DNA of 64,000 nucleotides. It comes from the human T2T-CHM13v2.0 reference genome, Homo sapiens. Of this stretch, positions 23,901 through 36,500 are shown piece after piece. Made by a program: the position numbers and the translations under genes. Positions within the stretch are counted from its first letter, which is position 1. Every line of letters starts with the position of its first letter. The stretch is from assembly GCF_009914755.1 (NCBI RefSeq), contig NC_060938.1. The stretch is one strand, 5' to 3'. The notes under the pieces were generated by a model. It was given only the letters and a program-made list of their open reading frames with translations, was not told where the DNA came from and searched no databases.

Positions 23901-24962
23901 TCTATCACTTACATTGTGAATTTTAAAAGCTGTAGTGATTGAAGCATAACTTGATAAAATGTTTTTTCCAATAGCCAGAAGTTGAGGCCACAAGCTTCTA
24001 TATTGCCAATAATTTTCCTCTGTATACTTGTAAACATGAATTCTTCATTTGGATTAAGGATGGAGATATTTCTGGGAATAAAGCCCTGCCTATTATGGTC
24101 TCCTCCTGATGACTGTAAAGCCAAGTGGACTGTGAAATGATTGTCTCCATAAAAAGGCATGTAAAATGGCATGTTAAAAGGCCAATCATAGGAGAATTTC
24201 ACTCTAAACCCTAAAAGTTGTTATGTTCATGGATCTGGTATACCGGATTATTTTTAAATTTAGTGTGTGCCTCAAATGACTATGTTGTTGAAACTTTAGA
24301 CTTGAAGCTGGGTGAGCTTCAAGTCTATGTTTTATACTTGAAAATTAAATGAGTCCCCTGCCTCTTTTGCTACAGAAATTCTTTTAGCTCATATGTATGA
24401 ATCTGATTTTTCAATATTTTATCATTTCATGCCCAAATCTTTGATTCAGGAAAATGTAATATTATAAGCTTAAGATGTTCATTTATTGGGTGATTTAGTT
24501 GAGGACAATTTACAATTATAGCATTTAAAATAGAAAATGATTCCCAGCCTACTTGCTCCCTTAATTAGACTAGAGAAAAAGAGAACTGTAAATTATCCAG
24601 ATTTCACAGACACATTTTAAACTACTTCATACTACAGATTCTTTATAACATTAGAAAATGTGTTCCAAGAAAGGGCTATTGGAATGGATTTTTGAAAGTC
24701 TTAAAGCTAGAACACACACTTAATACTGTCACAATTTATAGTGGAGGGAGCTAATAAATGCTTACAGGTTAGAATTGTACATAAATTTTGAGATTGCTGC
24801 TTCTCCCCGGTTTTACAGTGCAAGAAGGAAAAAGGATCTCCTTTTAGGTTAACTGAACAAATGACTAGGTTTGAACTCTTCTTAACTTTTTGATTATTAG
24901 AATCATCAGCCTGGATTTACTTATCTTCTCTATTAGTAGCATTTCTTCTCATCAATACTACC

Positions 24963-25143
24963 CCTTCACCCAGTCCCTCCTCCCAACCAATGGATTCATA
25001 CAAATTCTTAATTGGACATCACATTAAATTTTTTCATTATGTAATATTCACCCAGTCCTTCACCCAGTCCCTCCTCCCAACCAATGGATTCATACAAATT
25101 CTTAATTGGACATCACATTAAATTTTTTCATTATGTAATATTC
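24963..25143. repeat. Perfect 87-bp direct duplication (24963-25049, 25057-25143) with a 7-nt templated spacer
   Basis: Base-by-base comparison shows identical units. The spacer ACCCAGT copies the start of the unit. Confidence 0.97.
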
Positions 25144-25226
25144 TATTATCTTGTGAAGAACTTTCATGAGCATAAACTTGGTAAATAGAGGCTCTGATTC
25201 TTTTTTTAAAACTATGCATACAGTTC

Positions 25227-26650
25227 ACAGGTGGATTTACTACGAAATTAATAAAACTTAAGCTTCAGATGTTTTTGCTTCCTTTGGGAGAGGTGCCTAG
25301 CAATATATTCATGTGATTGAATGTTTTTATAAATATTCAAAAAATAAATGATTTTAACTGCATTTAATTAAGACCTACTGTCAGTTTTTTCCCGGACCAA
25401 ACTGAAGATCAAGCTGCTGTTTCTCATGGCCCGGTAACAAGATGCAGATGAACTGGGGAGGAAGGGAGTTTTTATTTCTGTGACTAATTACAGGGAGAGG
25501 GCCTGGAAATTATCATCAGACCAACTCAAAATTACAAAGTTTCCCAGAGTTTATATTACTTCCAAGCTATTGTCTACATGTAAGTGTGCATTCGTGTGAA
25601 GACATAGTGATTCACTTCTTTTAATCTATAACTAAGGTCTGAGTCCTGAAGACTTTCCTCTGGAGTCTCAGTAAATTTACTTAATCTAAATGGGTCCGGG
25701 TGATTACCCTTATCTTGTCTCCTGCTAAATCATGGAGGTTTCAGGAGTTCCTTCAGACCTCCAGTAAATTTGTTTGTGGAGGCCTGGGGAGTTTCTTCAG
25801 ACCCACAATAAAACTTGTTTAATCCTAGATGGGTCCTGTTAAGAATTCCTTCATTACTTTGACATGCTTTAAGGCCCAGGAAAGGCCTAGGCGAAACTCC
25901 TGATGGGCTTTTATTACATCCTAGCCTTTGTATATGGTCATTGACTTTTAATATTTTCACACTGACTTTCCCTTCATTACATTTCCTTCTCTCAGGTGGT
26001 GGTAGAATAGTATGGTTGGGTTCTGTTTAAGGGGGAAGATAGATTTAGCGAGATATATTTATATTTTACAATCATTTTTGTTTATAGTTAAGTTGTTGAC
26101 AGCTATCCTGGTGTAGAAATGAGGCCCAGAAATACTCCCACACTCACTGTGCTGACTCATCTGACTTTGTGAGCCTAAGGTTCAGGGCCAGAAGTTTTAT
26201 TGCAATATGAACATGTCCTATGGCTCTGGGCAATGGATGTGTATGGTTTGTCGAAGAAAAACTATGTTTTAACTGTATGGAGGCAGAGCTAGTTTGTGAA
26301 ATTATTGGGACAATTGCTAATGATCGATGTCAATTCAAAAAGTATTTAAGATTAGCCACTGCACAAGAAAACTTGAAATGCTGTGAAATCTTAAAGCTCA
26401 TATATGAAAAAACTTGAGAATTTCTGAAGTTTGACAAAAATCATAAAATTTTAAATTTAAATTTAAGTTGTTAATAAGCTTTTAATCTGAAACATTTCTA
26501 AATTATCAATATTAAAAATTAAATTTAAATTGTTAATAAACATTTAATATTATGAAAATAAATTTTGATCCCAACCATTCTGGAGAAGTTTCAGACCTCA
26601 AAGGTTAATCCTGCTTTTGATTCTATTTTATATAGAAAAATGAGAGCTAA
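25227..26650 (+). mobile_element. Zaphod/MER115-like hAT-Tip100 DNA transposon remnant, interrupted by an LTR
   Basis: Starts CAGGTGGATTTACTACGAAATTAATAAAACTTAAGCTTCAG. After the LTR it continues ...TATAGTTAAGTTGTTG...CACTGTGCTGACTCA...CAGGGCCAGAAG...ATATGAACATGTCCTA. Confidence 0.7.
25386..25957 (-). mobile_element. ERV1 solo LTR, PABL_A-like, 5'-truncated
   Basis: CCCGGACCAAACTGA...GATGCAGATGAACTGGGGAGGAAG...GGCCCAGGAAAGGCCTAGGC. Internal repeat GAGTT(C/T)CTTCAGACC. AATAAA on the minus strand near 25475. Confidence 0.75.
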
Positions 26651-26722
26651 TTATAATAAAAACAGTAAAGTAGGGAGAAAAATTGGTTGAAATTTGGTAG
26701 TAAATGATCTCTAATAGAAAAA

Positions 26723-27111
26723 TATCTTAGTCTACTTGGGTTGCCATAATAAAATACCATAGACTCAGTGCCTTAAACAACAGAGATTTATTTCTGATAG
26801 TTCCAGAGGTTGGGAAGGTCAAGATCAAGTTGCTGGCAGATTTGATTCCCTGAAGGGCTTTTTCCTGGCTTGTGGACAACTGCCTTCTTGCTTGGTCCTC
26901 ACATGTTCTTTTCTTGGTGCATGTTAAAAGAGAAATCTCCCTCTCTTTCTGTTTTTATAAGGCCACTAATCCCATCACATGGGCCCCACCCTTGTGACTG
27001 AATATGACTCTAATTATGTCCCAAAGGCCCTATCTCCAAATACCATCACATTAGGGGTTGGGGCTTCAACATAATAATTTTGAGGAGGACACAAATATTC
27101 CGTCCATGACA
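26723..27111 (-). mobile_element. MaLR LTR, MLT1A/MLT1B type, full length
   Basis: TATCTTAGTCTACTTGGGTTGCCATAATAAAATACCATAGAC...CCAAATACCATCACATTAGGGGTTGGGCTTCAACAT...CCATGACA. Confidence 0.88.
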
Positions 27112-28256
27112 GAAAGTACCTTGTGTGTGCTCACAGAAAAATGTCTCAATTTTAAATATGACTTAGAAGTGATTCTCTTCTAGGAGACATTGGATCAAAA
27201 AGGTCGTTTTACCAATTTTCATCTCTAAAAGAGGCAGTCATTGATTCTAGTAGCACGATTAAAGAACTTTTGAAAATTAATATGAGCATAAAAGGGACAA
27301 AAATGATGAGGTCAAGCAAAACAGTAGAGGGAATATATAAGAAGAGTACAAGAAAAACTGAAGAATAAAGACTCAGGGACATAATTGAGAGTGCATGTAT
27401 ATCTTACTCCAGGAACAAGCCAATCTGAAATGGGGCAGATAGCAAGGTAGACAAAGAGATGAAAGAAAAGAAATAATTTGAGTAACTTTGGAGATTAATG
27501 CAGAGTTGGAAAAAGTAAGTTCATACTTTACGCTACAGGATCTCTAAACACTGTGATGTCTTAGTCACTGTGAGATATGTCATATACAACTTATTAATAG
27601 CATTTAAAGAATATGATTAATAGACCTATGGATACGTATGTCTTTTGTTATTTTGTATCTTCTTAACTCAGGTAAGAATCTTAGAAATTTGCATGCTGGA
27701 AAAAGTCAATGTGTATGTAATTCTAGATATTGATAATTTTCCTTTCATGAGGGTTGCACTGTTTTAAATTCTTACCAGGAATCTTTGCAAATGACAGCTT
27801 TGGCTCAGCCATACCAGTAGATTGTAACAATAGGAAATTTCAACCTTAAATAGTACACTTCCATTTTATTACAAATAGTTGGAGAATTTAACAAATGGCA
27901 GGCTATAAAATCAATATGCAAGACAGAAACTTATTTTTCCTTTTTAATTATGTTGTCTCTCATCTTTTCTTTTGTCTAATCCACTTGTGGATATCTTCAA
28001 CACAGTGTTTAAGATTAGTGCAGATATTGAGCAGCCAAATAAGTGCATTTTTTTATTGTTAAGAAATTATCCATCACTATATTGAAGGATTTAACATAAA
28101 TGTATATTGAATTTTATTGATGTCTTTTATGTATCTATGGAGAGAATTTTGTGATTCTCCTCTCTAACTCTTTTAATAAGATAGACTTTATCAAAAGTTT
28201 TGATTGAACCCCTTTTGAATTTCTGAAATAAACCACACTTAGTCATGGTGAATTCT

Positions 28257-28355
28257 TCTTTTTTTTTAACTTTTATTTTAAGTTCAGAGGTACAAGTCCA
28301 GGTTTGTTATATAGATAAACTTGTGTCATGGGGGTTTGTTGTCCAGATTATTTCA
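28257..28355 (-). mobile_element. Short L1PA13-16/L1PB-type 3' tip with TSD
   Basis: TTTTAACTTTTATTTTAAGTTCAGAGGTACAAGTCCAGGTTTGTTATATAG. Flanks CATGGTGAATTCTT and CATAATGAATTCTT form a degenerate TSD. Confidence 0.8.
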
Positions 28356-29677
28356 CATAATGAATTCTTTATGTGCTCTTCTCTTTGCTTACATTTTTTC
28401 TTTAATATTTTTGTCTTAATATTTTAATGAGCATTTTTGTAGTCTTGTTTTCAGGTACAATCTTTGTGAGATTTGGAGAACAGTGTTACATTTGCTTTAT
28501 AAAAGGAAATTTGAATATTTCTCTTTTTTTAATGCTGTAGACTCAAGTAGTATCTGATATGTAAGGATCTCTTAAGAATAAATTACTAAACAACCATATG
28601 GCCCTGGTGCTTTTACCTGCAAGAGCTCTTTAAGTACTTTCTATTGTATCTATTGGCATTATTTATTGGCATTGTTCCATTGAAACTTTTTGTCCTTGCA
28701 GGAATCAATTTTGACGGGTAGTTTTCTATCAAAGTATCAATTTGTTCTAAGTTCTTGAATTTATTTAAAATAATTATATAAAGTACAAAAAATATTACCA
28801 TCTTAACCATGTAAAATCTTCCAATCCATGAGCTTGGAATCTTTTCCCATTTACTTGGGTCTATACTTTGAATAATATTTCATATTTTTCAGTGTACATA
28901 TATCTTGTATTTCTTTAATTAAATTTAACCCTAAGTATTTTTCGATACTATGAGTGAAGTTGTTTTCTTAATTGCATTTTTATTTATTGCTAGAGCATAT
29001 AAAAATGATTTTGGTACATGAATCTCATGTCCTGCAACTTTGCTGAATTCATTAATTCTGGGATAATTTTTTGTTTATTCTTCAAGATTTTCTATGTACA
29101 AGATCATGTTTTTTGTGAATAGAGAGAGTTTTACATCTTCTTTTCCAATTTTGATGCTTTTTTTCTTGCCTGATTGTCCCAGCTAGAATTTCCAGTACAA
29201 CATTGAATAGAGGTGACGAAAGTGGACATCGTGTGCTAAATCTTAAGAATAAAGAATTTAGGTTTCACTATTTAATGTAATGTTAGCTGTAGGTTTTTCA
29301 TAGATGCCAATTAGCAGGTTGAAAAAGTTCCCTTCTACTCCCAAGTTTTTGAGTGTTTTTACAATTAAAGTGTTGTATTTTGTCAAATGCTTTTTCTGCT
29401 TTATTGAGGACATGTCATTTTTTTTGTCCTTTATTCTACTAGGGTGGTGATCACATTGATTGATATTTACATATTAAACCAATCTTGAAGAATTTAATGA
29501 TGAATCCTTTTTTTATATGTTGCCAGATTCAGTTTGCTATCATTTTGTTGAGGTTTTATTTTGTGTCTATATTCAGAATCGATTTTGATCTATAGTTTTC
29601 TTGTCTAGTTTTAGTATCTTGGTCTAGTTTTGAAGTTAGTCCAACACTAACTTCAAAAAGTAATGAAGTGTTCACTG

Positions 29678-29981
29678 TTTTTTTTGTTTTGTTTTGTTTT
29701 TTGTTTTTGTTTTTGACAACATCTCACTGTGTTGCCCAGGCTGGAGAGTGGTGGCACAATCAATCATGGCTCACTATAGACTCCAACTCAAGTGATCCTT
29801 CCACCTCAGCCTCCCAATTAGCTAGAACTACAAACATGTACCACCATGCTTGGCTAATTTTGTTTCTTTTTTTTTTTTGGGGTAGAGATGGGGTTTCACT
29901 ATGTTGACCAGGCTGGTCTTGAACTCTTGCCTTGAACTCCCAACATTCTGGGATTACAGATGTGAATCATCACTCCTGACC
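29678..29981 (-). mobile_element. AluJ-type element
   Basis: Antisense Alu with a (GTTTT)n tail, CTCAAGTGATCCTTCCACCTCAGCCTCCC, and high divergence. Confidence 0.88.
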
Positions 29982-30097
29982 CTGCTCTTCTATTTTTGGA
30001 AGACTTTGGGTAGCAATGGTATTTATTCTTCTCTAAATGTTTGGTACAATTCACAAGCGATGGCATTTGGTTATGGAGTTTTATTGTGGGAATTCTT

Positions 30098-30592
30098 TGT
30101 ATATAGTTTTTCTTTGCTGTTGTAAGCTTTTAGTGACTTAAAAACCCCACAAATTTATGATGTTACACTTCTAGAGTTAGCAGTCCAGCACAATTCTTCC
30201 TGAATTAAAATAGAGGTGTCGGCAGTGCTACATTTTTTGTTTTTTCTGGAGCTTCTGGGGAAGAATCCACTTCCTTGTCTTTTCAGATTTCTAGAGGGCA
30301 CTTACATGCACTTACATTCCTTGGTCATGGTCCCCTCCCTCCATTTTCAAAGCCAGTGACGTTATATTTCTCCAGCCATTCTTCCATAGCCACATCTTGC
30401 TCTGACACCAGCTGGCAACAGCTCTCAGCATTTAAGGACTCAATTATATTAGACCCACTAATTGAGTTAATCTTCCCATCTCATATTCCTCAACTGAATC
30501 ACATATGCAAAATCTCTATGTAAAGCAACATATTTACAGGCTACAGTGTTTAAAATAGACTTTTTGGTCGAGTCATAATATTGCCCTACCAC
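30098..30592 (-). mobile_element. MaLR LTR, MLT1D/MLT1E type
   Basis: GGAGCTTCTGGGGAAGAATCCACTTCCTTGTCTTTTC...CATTCCTTGGTCATGG...AATCACATATGCAAAATCTCT...CCTACCAC. Confidence 0.75.
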
Positions 30593-31549
30593 TTTTAAAA
30601 TGGTAAAATCTTTTTAATTCTTATATGTCTATTTAGATTTTCTATTTCTTCCTGACTCATTGTAAATAGTTTTTATCTTTTTAGAAATTTGTTCATTTGA
30701 CCTAGGCTCTCTAATTTGTTGGCATATAGTATTTCACAGTGTTGTCTTATTTTTCTTTTTATATCTTAAGGTTAGTGATGATGTCCCCCTTTCATTGCTG
30801 TTTTAATAATTTGCTTATTTGCTTTAATAATTTGTATATTCTCTCTGTTTGTTTCTTGGTCAAACAAAAGCCCTGTTAATTCTGAGCATTGAATTTCTCT
30901 ACTGCGTTTCTATAACCATTTAACTTGTTTACACTCTAATCTTTATTAGATCCTTCCTTTTGCCTGCTTTGGTTTTAGTTTGCTCTTCTTTTTCTAGTTC
31001 TTAAGATGGAAAGTTAGACTAATAATTTAACATCTTTCATGTTTTATAATATAGAGGTTACAACAATAATTTCCCTCTAGTTAATACTTTAGATGAATAA
31101 CTTACATTTCAGTGTTTGTTTATGAAAGTATTTTCTAATTTCCCTTGTGATTTCTTCTTTGATTCATTGGTTATGTAGAAGTAAGTTGTTTATTTTCAAA
31201 ATGTTTATGAAGTCTTCAGTTTTGTTTTGGTATTAATTTCTAATTTAATTCTACCCATGGTCAGAAAAGATACTTTGTATGATTTTTAACCCTTTTAAAA
31301 ATTATTCAGGCATTTTTATGGCATAACATTTGGTAAATCCTAGAGAATGTTTCAAATGCACTTGAAAATAATGTCTATTCTGATGCTTTTAGGTAGAGCG
31401 TTCCATGCACTCTTTTAGTTCTACTTGGTTTATAGATCTTCTATTTTCTTATTTCAGTTGTTAATCTTATGAAGGACCCTTTGGTTGTGGTGAGCCGTTT
31501 TTCTCTTTCTGCTTTCAAGATTCTCTCTTTTTTCTTGTTTTTACCTCAA

Positions 31550-31621
31550 CATTGTGAAATACACCTTTGTAACAAATCTGCACAGGTACCCTGATTCTAA
31601 AGTTAAGGAAAAAAAAAAAAA
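31550..31621 (+). mobile_element. L1PA/PB 3' tip with poly(A)
   Basis: TGTAACAAATCTGCACAGGTACCCTGATTCTAAAGTT followed by an A-run. Confidence 0.7.
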
Positions 31622-32419
31622 GGGAAATGCCACAAAGCCCACTGTCACTGTTCTTGCTGCCATTGAGCTTTTTTTTTTTTTTTTTTTGGAATAAGTAGTC
31701 CTTGAATTTTTTACAGTCCTTTGTTTAATATCTGAAGTTCTGAAAGTGTTGCTTTTCCTAATTTTTCAAGTGTCCTAATTGTGTATTTTTGGAGGTCCTT
31801 TTTGCCATTGTATAAATGTTTCTGGAATACTACCTACTTCCTAATATAACCAATGCTGAAATTAGCTAGAAAATGCTTATTTCGTTATTCCACAACATAT
31901 AATTTGAAGTAAAATTCTTTTATTTCCAACTAATATTAATTATGCATTCAGTTAATGTATTCTACTTTTCATGTGCTCTTTCCATTCTTTCCAAGTTTTT
32001 ATAGTTGTTGTGTGTCATAATTATCTAGGACTACTAGTTAAAATTATTTTTCCTGAGAAAAAATTTCTAGGGGTACAAGCACAGATATTTATAATTTTCT
32101 AAGCACACCTGGTGACCCATATATAACTAGTTCGTGAACTACTGCTTTAATCTTTCCAGGAGGATTGGTATGTATATTTTTTCTATGAAGAAACTGTTTA
32201 AAATAGCACATATGACACCTGTGTCTAGATATCAAGTTAGACTAGATATCAAGTCTAACACAATTTCTTCAGGTTATATGCCAGTTATTTACATATACCC
32301 TTTTTACAGGCAACATTATAAGTAATATTTGAAATAAATTGAAGATAAGCATAGAAGTTGTCACATGACTTCATTGATAAAAATACAATTAATTTTTGGT
32401 ATGGAAATGCAATGAGAAA

Positions 32420-32632
32420 TACAGAATTTGGACTCAAATTGGACTAAGTTCAAGTCTTATTGTGTTCCTTACTATCTTCTTGATTTCAGAAAATTCTCAA
32501 ATCTTTCTGAACTTCGCAATCTGTTTGTAGAAGGGGCATTACAATACTGACTTAATAGGGTGCTTGTGAGAATATTATGTCAGCAATTAGCAGGATGTAC
32601 CTGTAAATAACAGCTTTTAGATGTTACTAGCT
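32420..32632 (+). mobile_element. MIR SINE
   Basis: TTTGGACTCA...GTTCAAGTCTTA...CTTACTA...TCTTTCTGAACTTC...AATAGGGTGCTTGTGAGAAT. Confidence 0.6.
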
Positions 32633-33071
32633 AAGGAAACCCCTCTGTGTAATAAAAAGGATGGTACAGAAAGGTCTTTGTGTCTGGATTTCCAGAATAC
32701 TGAGCCCAGTTGGTGATGCTTATTTTAGTATCCATTGGGAGGCATAAGTAGTCTGTTTCTCATATTATGAATTCTTTTGCTTAGTCACTGGCCATGCTCA
32801 GCTAGATATTTACCTGCTTCATTCACTCTGAAGGCTTGTAGATTACATGGCTCTGAGAATTTAAAGGTTTCATCAGGCAGAATCTAATTTATTAACTTTT
32901 GTTCAGGATTGGCTTTTTTTCTTTATATGCTTCTCTTTTCTCTACGGTTTCTTTCATTCATCAGAACATACTGGCAATTGTAGATGATTCATTGCTATTA
33001 TACATTCTTAAGCTACTTTATGTGTCTGGCAGATTTTCCTTTTCTCTTTTATTCTTATGTCTGTAATCACA

Positions 33072-33455
33072 TGTATAAGTCCACTCTCGCATTACTATAA
33101 AGAAATGTCTGAGACTGGATAATTTATAAAGAAAACAGTTTTAATTGGCTCATGGTTCTGTAGGCTGTACAGGAAGCATGGCTGGGGAAGCCTCAGTCAG
33201 CTTACAATCATGGCGGAAGGTGAAGGGGAAGCAGGCACATCTTACATGGCTGAAGCAGGAGGAAGAGAGAGGTGGGGAGGTGCTACACACTTTTAAACAA
33301 ACAAATCTTGTGATAACTCACTTACTATCATGAGAACAACACCAAAGGGGAAATCCAGCCCTGTGATCCAGTTACCTCCCACCAGGCCCCCCTCCAACAC
33401 TGGGGGTTACAATTTGACATGAGATTTAGCAGAGACACAGACTCAAACCATGTAA
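33072..33455 (-). mobile_element. MSTA MaLR solo LTR
   Basis: TTAATTGGCTCATGGTTCTGTAGGCTGTACAGGAAGCATGGCTGGGGAAGCCTCAG...GGGGAGGTGCTACACACTTTTAAACAA. Confidence 0.9.
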
Positions 33456-34031
33456 TCATTTTACATATATAAACATTGATATGTACATTTGTCATTTTTG
33501 ATGACAATTTCCCTTTCCTATTTTGAGAAAATTCTCCTTTAAGTGTTATGTTGACCATTGGGAGTTCCTTCTTTTTCATTTTAGAAGTCAAACAGACTGA
33601 TCCTTTCTCTATAAACTTTTATAAAGTTCATATACACTTGATATGGGCTTGATTTTCAGGACATTTCTCTCTGGGACTGAATTTTCAGCAACTGATGAAA
33701 AATCAAAGTGATGGTCAAAATCTGTGGACTCAGCAGCAGTGACAGTGGAAGCATTCTTCTGGATAAGTAATTATTGCTTTCAGCCTTCTAGAACTGCCTT
33801 AGTTTCTGTCCACTTTTCAGAATGTCTCTTTTTACTTTATGTAACCACAGTTGCTTTCTATTGAATAGAAATAAGAATCCCATTGGATGAAAAGCTTCTC
33901 ATACTCTGGTCCTATCCTTCTTAGCATCTTCATCACTTTGCCTGCCATTCTTGCTTAAATACTCTATGCAACAGCCACACTTAATTTCTTACTATTATAC
34001 AAATAGTAAGCTCACAGTTTACAATAATATC

Positions 34032-34925
34032 TGTGTTAGTTTTTGATAATGAATGAATTCTTACTCTGAGTTTATGTGAGATCTTTTTGTTTTAAAGAGT
34101 GTAGCACCTCCCCCCCTAACTTCTTGCTCCTTCTCTTGCCATGTCATCACCTGCTACCCCTTTGCCTTCCACCATGATTGTAAGCTCCCTGAGGCCCTCA
34201 GCAGAAGCAGATGCTGGCACCACGCTTCCTTACAGTTCACAGAACTGTGAGCCAATTAAACCTCTTTACTTTATAAGTTACCCAACCTCAAGTATTGGGG
34301 TTGAGAGCAATGCAAATATGAAATAACACACTGCCTTAACAAATTACCACAAATTTAGTGGCTTACCTAACACAAGTTTATTATATTATAGTTATGTAGG
34401 TTAGAAGTCTGACTCAGGTATTACTGGGCTAAAATGAAGTGGCAGTAGGTTTCTTCTCCTTTCTGTAGGTTCTGAGGAAGAATCTATATCCTTCTTTATT
34501 TAAGTTGCTAGAAGAATTCTGTCCCTTATAGTTGTAGGGCTTGAAGCTGTTTACTTGCTGGGTCTAAGGGCCATTTCCTGCTTTTCCAGGCCACAGAATT
34601 CCTTTGATCATGATTTCCTTTCTCTATCTTCAAAGCAGGGAATGGCAGGCTAAGTCCTTGTCGTGTATTATCTTTCTGATTCTTCTTTCATCATCATATC
34701 TCTCTTTGACCTCAGCCAGGAAAGATTCCCTACTTTTAAGGACTCATGTGATTTTATATATATATATATATATATATTCCATAATAATCACATTATTTCC
34801 AGATATATATTTTTAATCATGTCAATAAACATCTCTTTTTCAATAAAAGGCAACATATTTATAAGCTCCAGGCTTTAGGGCATGAACGTCTTGTGGAGGA
34901 GATGATAGAACATCATCTGACTCCA
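34032..34925 (-). mobile_element. MLT1E-like MaLR LTR, interrupted near one end by an MST LTR; contains (TA)n at 34756-34777
   Basis: TGTGTTAGTTTT | CTGCCTTAACAAATTACCACAAATTTAGTGGCTTA...ACTGGGCTAAAATGAAGTGGCAG...TTTTAAGGACTCATGTGATT. Confidence 0.7.
34045..34330 (+). mobile_element. MSTB-like LTR, 3' two-thirds
   Basis: CCTTCCACCATGATTGTAAGCTCCCTGAGGCCCTCAGCAGAAGCAGATGCTGGCACC...GAACTGTGAGCCAATTAAACCTCTTT. Confidence 0.85.
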
Positions 34926-35034
34926 AAAGACTTACTACAACCCATCTCAGTGTTCCCTAAAGTCTTAACTCATTAGAAGAAGCAACAGATATTCTAAGAT
35001 ATGATCTGATGCACTGGAATGCATACAAATGTGT

Positions 35035-35605
35035 GCCAGTCAAATCATGGCACTTCTCTGCTTAATAGCCTCCAACAACTTGTCATCTTACTTCGAATAA
35101 AAGCAACGTCATTACTGTGACCTGTAGGGCTCTCCTTGATCTGGCCCCTTTAGATCTTGATCTCATTTTTTCTTATTCTCTCTTGTACTGCTGCAGTCAC
35201 ACTGGCCTCTTTACTCCCTCACATGTGCTAGGCAGGTGTCCACCTAGTAGTTTTAAGCCCTCACAGTTCCTGCTGCTTGAGGTAAAGTTACCTTATGAGG
35301 CTTTTCCTTGCTATATTATCTGTTATTTCACCCTTGTCTGCTGCATGGATTCTTCAGATTACTTTTTCTTGCTTAGTTTTAATTTTTATAATTATTGTCT
35401 AATGTATTTGCTTTATTATTTATGTTATTTATATATGTATTTTGTTATTTATTACCTATTTTCTGCCAGTAGACAATAAGTTCCACAAGGCAGCTATGTT
35501 TGTCTTTTTTGTTCACTGTGTCCCCTTAGTGCCTAGAAAGGTACCTGGCACAATAGGTGCTCAGTAAATATTTATTAATAAATATTCATTCAAAATGAAT
35601 GAATT
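35035..35605 (+). mobile_element. L2a 3' region
   Basis: ...TTTGTTCACTGTGTCCCCTTAGTGCCTAGAAAGGTACCTGGCACAATAGGTGCTCAGTAAATATTTATT...AATGAATGAAT. Confidence 0.85.
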
Positions 35606-35689
35606 CTTGACCTGGGGAATACATAGTCTTCCTTTGTTCATTAACTTGGGATTGATGAGCAAGTCCCTCGAAATAGAATTAATATAATC

Positions 35690-35885
35690 AATGTGTTACT
35701 ATAGTATTTTGCAATAACCTACAACGTATAAATCAAATGGTGTTATGCTTAGTTGTTTAACTTTCTTCTTTACTGTCTACGCTACGAGTTCCCTTAGGTT
35801 AGGTTCCATGCCATGATCATCTGTATACTGATTGTCTAGCATATTGACTGAAACATAGTAGGCATTTGAATACTATTCATTAAAA
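35690..35885 (+). mobile_element. Second, more diverged L2 3' end
   Basis: TCATCTGTATAC...TGTCTAGCATATTGACTGAAACATAGTAGGCATTTGAATA. Confidence 0.6.
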
Positions 35886-36249
35886 TAAATTTAAAACCAA
35901 GTGAACATATTGACTGAATGCCAATCATAAATTTTATTCTTAAACGCCAAGGTAAAAGTTGTTGTCTCTTCAAGGGAGAACTTTGAGAAAATTAGAGTAG
36001 ACAGGCCAAATTTTTAATTGGAAAATTCATCTCTGAAAATCTTTGGAGTTCTGCATTTAGCAAGAAAGTGTCATTTTAGTAGTTGCAAAAGTTGGAATCA
36101 CAAAAGAGTCCGTAATGAATTATTCAATTAAGCCATTTGTTTGAGAATCCTAGAGCATGTAATAAAGACATTTTTGGGCCCAAAGGGTCTTTAAGTATTT
36201 CTCAATAACTTGAAATGTTCACTATATCATTTATAGATTATATTCTAGA

Positions 36250-36500
36250 GCAGCAGCTCACAAAATGTGAAATTATGTTCATGGGATATTAATAAGTTTA
36301 AATAAAAATAAGAAGTAAGTAACAGGTGAAATAAACCTAAAATAGTTTCTTTACTGCACAATTTGCCATCGCTTTTAATATGTGTTGTGATTCACCACGA
36401 AGTAGATACGGAAACTCATATTCTCCAAAAGCTTTTGTTTACAAACCCTTTTATATTTTTCCTTGGACAACTTTTCTCTGAGACACATTTTAGAGGCATC
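36250..36500. mobile_element. MER103C-like hAT-Charlie element
   Basis: GGGATATTAATA...GTTTCTTTACTGCAC...TTTTAATATGTGTTGTGA...ACACATTTTAGA. Confidence 0.55.

Larger units (their letters stand above)
27950..31820 (-). mobile_element. Old L1M (ORF2 and 5' region remnants) hosting several younger insertions
   Basis: Antisense ORF2 motifs (TCCTGCAACTTTGCTGAATTCATT, TCCAGTACAACATTGAATAGAGGTG, TTTTGTCAAATGCTTTTTCTGC, TGGTCAGAAAAGATACTTTGTATGATTT). Confidence 0.8.
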
